From: an uncultured Eubacteriales bacterium
GTDB taxonomy: Bacteria > Bacillota > Clostridia > Oscillospirales > CAG-272
NCBI GenBank assembly: GCA_934525675.1
Contig: CAKSZH010000008.1
Coordinates: 21,914 to 85,913 of the forward strand
Length of the DNA: 64,000 bases
Reading direction: 5' to 3'
Shown: positions 38,711 to 46,159 of the stretch, one piece after another
Numbering within the stretch: the first letter of the stretch is position 1
How the letters are laid out: the number at the start of each line of letters is the position of its first letter
Program-made: the position numbers and the translations under genes
Notes under the pieces: generated by a model
The model's input: only the letters and a program-made list of their open reading frames with translations
The model's database searches: none
Told to the model about the DNA's origin: nothing

Positions 38711-38736
38711 AAAAGGGGACGCTTGTCCCCTTTTTT
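38711..38736. terminator. bidirectional Rho-independent terminator between the ECF-S gene and the rlmI-like gene
   Basis: AAAAGGGGAC-GCTT-GTCCCCTTTTTT, with A-tract and T-tract on either side. A second palindrome AAAGGGGACTTTTTGAAAAAAGTCCCCTTT lies at 38650-38679. Confidence 0.8.
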
Positions 38737-38828
38737 GATTCTTTTTAAGTTGCAAGAGTTTTTACAAAACCACGGAGGCGGCGTGGCGGAACCCGGTCGC
38801 TCCTGTTGCGGGATGGTGCCGGGACCTG

Positions 38829-40052
38829 TCACACGATCTGGAAAATATAGAATTTCAGATAGTCCGTCTCCGGCACATTCCAGAGAATCGGGTGATCCGG
38901 TGCCTGCTGACGCGCTTCGATCTGGCGGAGCGACACGCCCGCATCTTCGGCGGCGTTGTGCAACATCTGCTTGAAATAAGTTTCGGTCATGAAGTGGGAG
39001 CAGGAGCAGGTCGCCAGGTACCCGCCGCGCGGGAGCAGTTTCATGGCAAGATAATTGATCTCCCGGTAGCCTTTGATCGCGTTGCGGAGCGTATCGCGGC
39101 TCTTGGTGAAGGCGGGAGGGTCGAGAATGATGAAGTCGTAGTCGGACTTCTTTTCTTTTTGCAGAACCGAGAGCAGGTCAAACACGTCCGCGATCAAAAA
39201 ATCCATGCGGCCGTCCAGTCCGTTTTCTTTTGCGTTGCGCTTTGCCATGGCAATCGCATCGGCGGAAATATCGACCGAGGTGACGTGCAAGGCACCCGCC
39301 GCGGCGGCGTTCAGTCCGAACGAGCCTGTGTGGGTGAAGCAGTCCAGCACCCGCTTGCCCCGGGCGATCTGCCGGATGGCGCGGCGGTTATACTTTTGGT
39401 CGAGGAAGAATCCCGTCTTTTGCCCGTTCACCACGTCCACGAAATAACGGATGCCGTTTTCCGTGATGGTCACTTCGCCGCTTTCCGGATCCGGCAGTCC
39501 CGGAAGCGGAAAGAAGCCGCATCCGGTTTCCATGCCCTCCAGTTTGCGGATGGGGGAATCGTTGCGCTCGTAGATCCCGTCGATTTCCTCGCCCATTTCG
39601 CGCAGGATACGGACAAGGGCGGGGAAGAGCATCTCCTTGATTTTTTCGATACCGAGAGACAGCACCTCGGCGACGAGGATGTTTTCGAACCGATCGACCG
39701 TCAGCCCGGGAAACTGGTCCGCCTCGCCGAAAATCAGCCTGCAGCACCGGAAATCCGTGTCGCCCATGACGGTTTTGCGGTACGCAACCGCGTAGGACAG
39801 GCGGCGCTCCCAGAATTTTTCGTCAAAGGTGTCGTTGGTGTTCTTGGAAATGATCCGCACGCGGATCTTGGAGTGACTGTTGTAAAAGCCGGTGCCGAGG
39901 TATTTTCCCTTACCGGAAAACACGTCCGCGAGTGTGCCGTTCTCCGGCGTCCCCTCCGCGGCAGTGATTTCATCGCCGTATACCCAGACGTGTCCGCCGC
40001 GGAGCAACTTCTCTGCCTTTTCCGTGACCGTCAGCTTCGGATAATTTCTCAT
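38829..40052 (-). CDS. class I SAM-dependent rRNA (cytosine-C5) methyltransferase, RlmI/YwbD-like with PUA domain
   Basis: 407 aa. N-terminal LLRGGHVWVYGDEI (PUA-type), the SAM fold VLDCFTHTGSFGLNAA, and DFIILDPPAFTK. RBS GGGAGG upstream. Confidence 0.85.
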   Translation of the reverse strand: MRNYPKLTVTEKAEKLLRGGHVWVYGDEITAAEGTPENGTLADVFSGKGKYLGTGFYNSHSKIRVRIISKNTNDTFDEKFWERRLSYAVAYRKTVMGDTDFRCCRLIFGEADQFPGLTVDRFENILVAEVLSLGIEKIKEMLFPALVRILREMGEEIDGIYERNDSPIRKLEGMETGCGFFPLPGLPDPESGEVTITENGIRYFVDVVNGQKTGFFLDQKYNRRAIRQIARGKRVLDCFTHTGSFGLNAAAAGALHVTSVDISADAIAMAKRNAKENGLDGRMDFLIADVFDLLSVLQKEKKSDYDFIILDPPAFTKSRDTLRNAIKGYREINYLAMKLLPRGGYLATCSCSHFMTETYFKQMLHNAAEDAGVSLRQIEARQQAPDHPILWNVPETDYLKFYIFQIV

Positions 40053-40637
40053 GTTTCCTCCCGATCGGCGGCAGTAAGCCGCCCCGATTGATGGATCTTT
40101 GTCTCATTCGCCCTATTATAGCATATTGCTCTCCCCTTGGCAAGCAGTGCGACGGATTTCGAGCGCAAAACACGAGCCGACACCGGTTTCGGGCGGCGGA
40201 AATGCCGCTTGGGGTACCCGAGGGCCGGATTTTGGCGGATGTTTGCAGAAAAGGAGCGGAATGTTTACAATTTGTGCATGTTGTATATTTGTAGAAAAAT
40301 CCGCCGCGAAATTGTGCAGACTCAACAATAATTGTAACAAAAAATCTGCCGGCGATCACGCCCCCGTCACGCAAAAGCAGGAAAACGATATTTACATCCA
40401 GAAAATACCGCCGTTTTTGCCCCGAATCCGACTGTCATTTTCACCAAAAACAGCCCGTTTTTCGCCCATCTACACATTTTAACCGTAAATTTCATTTACA
40501 TCTCCCGAAATCCGCGTGAACGGGCAGGCGGAACCGCAAAAAACAGGCGTTCCCGGAAGCGGGGAAATGCACGAAAAAGTTCACGGTTTGTTTTCATTGG
40601 CCGTTTTTCATCATACCCTCCGGCACCGTCTCTTTTC

Positions 40638-40666
40638 TTGACAATTTGTCGATATTATGGTATGAT
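40638..40666 (+). promoter_or_regulatory. strong candidate sigma-A promoter of the ABC-type locus
   Basis: TTGACA (40638-40643), 17-nt spacer, TGgTATGAT extended -10 (TATGAT at 40661-40666). It sits in the only clearly AT-rich stretch of the 800-bp gap. Confidence 0.6.
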
Positions 40667-40852
40667 ATTTCTATCAATTTGGGCATTTTGTAACGTGAAT
40701 TCCCGGAGCGGACGTTCACGGGTCGGTCTGCGGCTGCCGTCAGTACGGCAGCCGCAGTATTCTGCCGGTATCCCGGTGCGGCTGTTTCCGACGCGATTGC
40801 CCGCGGGCGGTGTGTTTCCGTGCCGCTTCCAAAACAAGCAGGAGGAAAACTG

Positions 40853-43800
40853 ATGAAGAGATCCAGAATTCAGAGAGCGCTGGCGCTGATCCTCACCCTG
40901 ACTTTTCTGATCGGAGGTTCCGCGACCGCGGTCCACGCGGCGGACGCGTCCGAAAAGAATCCGACGGTGACAGACAAGACCATCAAGGATTATGAGGCGC
41001 AGCTCAATACCGACACGTACAGCGCTTACCTTGCCGCACGCAAGGATAAATACGGTAAGCCTGCCGAGGAGATCCTCGTTGATGCCGCAGAGGCATTGAA
41101 TCCGGGAAAGACGGATTCGGAGTACGAGATCACCGATAAATACGGAAGAAACGGCGTTTACACGCCGGAGACCGGCACCACCTCCTGGACCTTCCGTGTT
41201 CCGGAGTCCGGCTGGTACAGCATTACCATTGAATATTACCCCGTCGAGGGCAAGAACACCGCCATTGAGCGTGAGTTCTACATCAACGGCGAGGTCCCGT
41301 TCGACGGAGCATATTCGCTGTCCTTCCCGAAGGTGTACGATTTTGTATACAAAAATGCCGCATACCGTATCACCGACAAGACCAAGACCGCCGCGGAGCT
41401 GCTCTCCCGCGCGGAGGAGCTTGGGCTGACGGCGAATACGGAAAACCGCACCGACGGCACCTATGTTGTGTTTGAAATGCCCGAGTACTGGACGGAAGCC
41501 CGCCGGCAGTTCCTCTCGGAGGAGCTGGGACTCCGCTTCTTCCAGACGGATACCGAGGGCAATGAGATCCGCCCGACCAGCGCCCAGACACCGCGCTGGA
41601 GCGAATACTCCCTGCACGATTCTTCCGGATATTCCGCAGAGAACTTCATGTTTGCCCTGGACGAGGGCGACGTGACCATCTCTCTTGCCGGCGTCAATGA
41701 GGCGCTTGTGATTTCCTCCTTCCGTCTGACCCCGTACGGAAGTTACATCAGCTACGCGGATTACCTTGAAAAATACAAGGATGAGAAGCAGGGAACGAGC
41801 GTGGTGAAGCTGGAGTCGGAATATGCCTCCTCCACCTCCTCCAACACCGTTTATGCGGTCGAGGACCGCACGAGTGCCGCAACTTCTCCCGCTGACCCGT
41901 CGAGAACGCTTCTCAATACCATCGGCGGTGAGCAGTGGCAGAATGCGGGACAGTTCATCACCTATAAGTTCCGCGTGGACAACAGCGGACTTTACAACAT
42001 CGACGCCCGTTACCGCCAGAACACGCTGGAAGGTCTTTATGTCTGCCGTAACCTTTACATATACAGCGACGGACTGGAAGAGGGTGCAAAGGGATACTAC
42101 AACGGAATTCCGTTTGCCGAAGCGACCGAGCTGCGCTTCAGGTACGACAGCACATGGCAGACCGGTCATCTGTCGAACGGGACCGACGCTCTTCAGTTTT
42201 ACTTTGAGGCAGGCGTGACCTACACGATCCGCCTGGAGGTGACGCTCGGCTCCATGAGCGAGATCATCCGGAGCATGGAGGCGGCGCTGACCGCTCTTGA
42301 CGCGGATTACCTGACCATCCTCAAACTGACCGGACCCAGCCCCGATACCTACCGTGACTACGGTTTCGCACGTCTGATCCCCTCGACGCTGATCGATATG
42401 TATAATCAGATGGAAGTGCTCGAGAATGCGGCAAAACAGTTCCGCGCACTCGCAGGAACCTCCACTGCCAATATCGCAACGCTTGAAACTATTGCAAACC
42501 TCATCCGCACCATGGTCTCCGACCCCGAAAACGAGGTCGCGAAGAACCTTGACAGCCTCAAGTCCAACCTTGGTACGCTCGGTACTTTTATCGGTGACGC
42601 GAAAACCCAGCCGCTTCAGCTGGATTACCTGATCGTGCAGGGTAACGACAAAGCGTTGCCGCGCGCAGAGGAGAACTTCTTCCGCAATTTCCTGCATGAA
42701 TTCCTCAGCTTCTTCTGGAGCTTCTTCCGTGATTACAACCAGATGGGAAGCATGGTGAAAGGCGGTCAGAACGACACCATTGAGGCGTGGGTGGCATACG
42801 GCCGCGACCAGTCTCAGGTCATCCGGAACCTGATTACCAACGATTTCACTCCTGTTTACAACCTGCCCGTCGCACTCAAACTGGTCACGGCAAGCACCCT
42901 GCTTCCGTCCATCCTGGCGCAGGCGGGACCGGATGTTTACCTCGGTCTTGCACAGGCGGACGTCATCAACTATGCAGTCCGCGGCGCACTGATCCCGATC
43001 GAAAACATGTCCGGCTTTGACGACGCTCTGAAGGATTTCAATGACGCGGCGATGCTGACGATCGGAATCGAAGACTCCGCCGGGCAGATGCATTACTACG
43101 GACTTCCCGAGACCGAATCCTTCTACATGATGTTTGTCCGTCTGGACATTCTCTCCAGCATCGGCGTGGAAATTCCCAAGACGTGGGATGACATTTACGC
43201 CGCGCTTCCCGTGCTCGGTTACAACAACATGGAGCTTGGTATGACGGCTTCGACGCTCGGACTTTCCCAGGCGACGGACTACAAGTTCCTGCTCTACCAG
43301 AACGGCGGTGAGCTGTATGCCGACGGCGGCATGCGGATCAATCTGGATTCCCCGAAGGCGCTGTCCGCTTTTGAGACCATGTGCGACTTCTACACCGCTT
43401 ACTCCTGCCCTTACGCATACGACGCGGCAAACCGTTTCCGTTCGGGCGAAATGCCGATCGTCATTGCCCCCTATACCGAGATGTATAATAAATTGAAGGT
43501 TTTTGCAACCGAAATTGAGGGACTCTGGGCAATGGTTCCCCTGCCGGGCACCGTGGACAAGGACGGCAACATCAATAACTGCTCTATCGCATCGACCACC
43601 GCGGTGGTCATGGTCAAGGGCGTTGCAGAGGAGCGGAAGGAATCCGCGTGGAACTTCATGAAGTGGTACACCGGTGCCGACTGCCAGATTGCATATTCCT
43701 ACGGCATGGCGGCTGTCCTCGGTGAGTCCGGCAAGCAGCCGACCGCAAACCGTACCGCGCTTGCGAGCCTGCCCTGGACGACCGATGAGTACAAAGAAGT

Positions 43801-44245
43801 CGCCAAGCAGTACGAAAATCTGGCGGCAATCCCGAACTACCCCGGTTCCTATTACCTCGACCGTTACGTCAACTTCGCATTCCTCTCCGCGTACAACAGC
43901 GGCGCGGATGCAAGAAGCGCAATTCTTTCCTATATTAATACTATCAATACCGAGATCCGCAGAAAGCGCGAAGAGTTCGGACTCGAAACGCTGGAAATCG
44001 GTCAGACGCTCGCCGAAAAGCGCATGGGACAGGCGGAGGATCTGATGGATGAGCTGAACGGCTCCGCATATACGGGTCTCGTGTCCGCGGCAAAGTACGC
44101 GATTGATAACAACAACATCAAGCTGCTTGGCGAATCCGCCGCCGCTTTCCTTGCGGCTGCCGAAAAGGGCGGCTCGGATGCAGACCGGCTGAAACAGATC
44201 TCCGTATATCTGACGCAGGCGGCAGAAGCCCTGAGTAAATACTGA
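40853..44245 (+). CDS. giant extracellular solute-binding protein: Sec signal, ~600-aa extension with two CBM-like beta-sandwich segments and a helical region, then a family-1 sugar SBP fold
   Basis: RBS AGGAGG. Signal peptide ...GGSATAVHA/AD with no lipobox Cys. The segments SWTFRVPESGWYSITIEYYPVEG and ESEYA...GQFITYKFRVDNSGLYNIDARYRQ resemble CBM6/35-type modules. The C-terminal ~480 aa look like a CUT1 sugar SBP (TIEAWVAYGRDQ..., KTWDDIYAALPVL, NFMKWYTGADCQ). Confidence 0.8.
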   Translation: MKRSRIQRALALILTLTFLIGGSATAVHAADASEKNPTVTDKTIKDYEAQLNTDTYSAYLAARKDKYGKPAEEILVDAAEALNPGKTDSEYEITDKYGRNGVYTPETGTTSWTFRVPESGWYSITIEYYPVEGKNTAIEREFYINGEVPFDGAYSLSFPKVYDFVYKNAAYRITDKTKTAAELLSRAEELGLTANTENRTDGTYVVFEMPEYWTEARRQFLSEELGLRFFQTDTEGNEIRPTSAQTPRWSEYSLHDSSGYSAENFMFALDEGDVTISLAGVNEALVISSFRLTPYGSYISYADYLEKYKDEKQGTSVVKLESEYASSTSSNTVYAVEDRTSAATSPADPSRTLLNTIGGEQWQNAGQFITYKFRVDNSGLYNIDARYRQNTLEGLYVCRNLYIYSDGLEEGAKGYYNGIPFAEATELRFRYDSTWQTGHLSNGTDALQFYFEAGVTYTIRLEVTLGSMSEIIRSMEAALTALDADYLTILKLTGPSPDTYRDYGFARLIPSTLIDMYNQMEVLENAAKQFRALAGTSTANIATLETIANLIRTMVSDPENEVAKNLDSLKSNLGTLGTFIGDAKTQPLQLDYLIVQGNDKALPRAEENFFRNFLHEFLSFFWSFFRDYNQMGSMVKGGQNDTIEAWVAYGRDQSQVIRNLITNDFTPVYNLPVALKLVTASTLLPSILAQAGPDVYLGLAQADVINYAVRGALIPIENMSGFDDALKDFNDAAMLTIGIEDSAGQMHYYGLPETESFYMMFVRLDILSSIGVEIPKTWDDIYAALPVLGYNNMELGMTASTLGLSQATDYKFLLYQNGGELYADGGMRINLDSPKALSAFETMCDFYTAYSCPYAYDAANRFRSGEMPIVIAPYTEMYNKLKVFATEIEGLWAMVPLPGTVDKDGNINNCSIASTTAVVMVKGVAEERKESAWNFMKWYTGADCQIAYSYGMAAVLGESGKQPTANRTALASLPWTTDEYKEVAKQYENLAAIPNYPGSYYLDRYVNFAFLSAYNSGADARSAILSYINTINTEIRRKREEFGLETLEIGQTLAEKRMGQAEDLMDELNGSAYTGLVSAAKYAIDNNNIKLLGESAAAFLAAAEKGGSDADRLKQISVYLTQAAEALSKY

Positions 44246-44327
44246 GGAGGCAAAGACAGTGAACAATCTGATAGCTGCAAAAGCTTCCGCCCGCCGCGCG
44301 GCAGAAAGGACGGGTGACTGATTCGAT

Positions 44328-45272
44328 ATGGAAAAAGTACAGAAAAAGCGAGCTGTCCAGAGAAGCGAAATGAGCCGTGCCGCATGGACGTGGAAGGAAA
44401 TGAAGCGCAACTGGGTCGCGTATCTGATGATCCTGCCTTATGTCGCCATTTTCACCCTGTTTACGGTGGTGCCGGTCATCTTCTCCATCATCTTCAGCTT
44501 TACCAACTTCAACATGCTGGAGATGCCGGATTTCATCTGGTTTGAAAACTACCTCAACCTGTTCTTCAAGGACGACATTTTCCTGATCGCCTGTAAGAAC
44601 ACCCTGATCTTCGCGGGCGTCGTCGGACCGACTTCCTATTTCCTGTCGCTCATCGTGGCATGGTTCATCAATGAGCTGGCTCCCAAGGTCCGCGCGATCG
44701 TCACCCTGATCTTCTACGCGCCGTCCATTTCCGGTTCCGCGTACCTGATCTGGGCAACCCTCTTCTCCTCCGACTCCTACGGCTGGGTCAACTCCACCCT
44801 GATGTATCTGCGGATTATTGACGCACCGATCGCCTGGTTCCAGAACGCATCCTACATCATGCCGCTTTGTATTGTCGTTGCGCTGTGGACCTCTCTCGGC
44901 ACCTCCTTCCTCGCGTTCATCGCGGGCCTGCAGGGAATCGACAAGGCACAGTATGAGGCGGGCGCTGTGGACGGTATCCGCAACCGGTGGCAGGAACTCT
45001 GGCACATCACCCTTCCCAACATGAAAGGTCAGCTCATGTTCGGCGCGATCATGTCCATCACCGGTTCCTTCGGTTTCGGTGCGATTGTTACCGCGCTCTG
45101 CGGAATGCCTTCGACCGATTACGCAGGTCACACGATCATGCACCATCTGGAGGACTACGCGAACAACCGCTATGAGATCGGTTACGCTTCGGCGATCGCC
45201 GTGGTGCTGTTCGCTGTCATGCTGTTCTCCAACTTCTTGGTCAACAGACTTCTTGCAAAGGTAGGTGAGTGA
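44328..45272 (+). CDS. carbohydrate ABC transporter permease (MalF-like), pair A
   Basis: 314 aa, 6 TM. EAA-loop YEAGAVDGIRNRWQELWHITLPNMK. Confidence 0.88.
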   Translation: MEKVQKKRAVQRSEMSRAAWTWKEMKRNWVAYLMILPYVAIFTLFTVVPVIFSIIFSFTNFNMLEMPDFIWFENYLNLFFKDDIFLIACKNTLIFAGVVGPTSYFLSLIVAWFINELAPKVRAIVTLIFYAPSISGSAYLIWATLFSSDSYGWVNSTLMYLRIIDAPIAWFQNASYIMPLCIVVALWTSLGTSFLAFIAGLQGIDKAQYEAGAVDGIRNRWQELWHITLPNMKGQLMFGAIMSITGSFGFGAIVTALCGMPSTDYAGHTIMHHLEDYANNRYEIGYASAIAVVLFAVMLFSNFLVNRLLAKVGE

Positions 45273-46149
45273 CGTGGCGAAGAAACTGAGAACAAGAAAT
45301 CACAAGGTCGTCCTGTCACGTTCCTACGGCGGTGATGCTTTCATCACGGTCCTGCTCGTCATCCTCGGCGCATTCATGTTCCTGCCGATGCTTTACACCA
45401 TCATGCAGTCACTCAAGCCGCTGGATGAACTTTTCCGTTATCCTCCCCGCTTTTATGTGACCAACCCGACACTTTCCAACTTCACGGATCTGTTCACGTT
45501 GCTCAATCAGTCGTGGGTGCCGTTCTCCCGTTACATTTTCAACACGGTGTTCACCACGTTTGTCGGGACTTTCGGGCATCTGTTCATCGCGTCGATCTGT
45601 GCGTACGCGCTGGCAAAGATCCAGTTCCCGGGCAGAAAGTTTGTGTTCAAGACCATCGAATTGTCTCTGATGTTCAACTCGACGGTTACCACGACCATGA
45701 GCTTTATCATCATGAAGTACCTCCACCTGATCGATTCCTACTGGGCAATCATCATTCCCGCGTGGGGCTCGACGCTCGGTCTGTACCTGATGAAAAACTT
45801 CATGGATTCTTCCATCACCGACTCGGTGCTGGAATCCGCGCGACTTGACGGTGCAAGCGAACTCCGTACCTTCTGGGTTATCGCAATGCCGATGGTCAAG
45901 CCCGGCTGGCTGACCCTGATTGTGTACTGCTTCCAGTCGCTCTGGAACGCGGGTTCGTCCATCTTCATCTATTCCGAACAGTACAAATCGTTCAACTACG
46001 CCATTCAGCAGATCACCGCGGGCGGCATCAAGCGTTCCGGCGCAAGTGCCGCGGCAACGGTCGTTATGATGCTGGTGCCGATCATCATCTTTGTCATCAC
46101 TCAGTCCAGTATCATTGAAACCATGGGCTCCAGCGGTATGAAGGATTAA
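45265..46149 (+). CDS. carbohydrate ABC transporter permease (MalG-like), pair A
   Basis: 294 aa. EAA-loop LESARLDGASELRTFWVIAMPMVKP. The GTG start overlaps the upstream stop. Confidence 0.88.
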   Translation: MSDVAKKLRTRNHKVVLSRSYGGDAFITVLLVILGAFMFLPMLYTIMQSLKPLDELFRYPPRFYVTNPTLSNFTDLFTLLNQSWVPFSRYIFNTVFTTFVGTFGHLFIASICAYALAKIQFPGRKFVFKTIELSLMFNSTVTTTMSFIIMKYLHLIDSYWAIIIPAWGSTLGLYLMKNFMDSSITDSVLESARLDGASELRTFWVIAMPMVKPGWLTLIVYCFQSLWNAGSSIFIYSEQYKSFNYAIQQITAGGIKRSGASAAATVVMMLVPIIIFVITQSSIIETMGSSGMKD

Positions 46150-46159
46150 GGAGGAAACA

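Noticed and set aside
40655-44410. 1251-aa minus-strand ORF opposite the giant SBP gene
   Set aside because: The same antisense-shadow artefact. The composition is low complexity (R/G/V/L-rich) and the ORF runs through the plus-strand promoter and leader.
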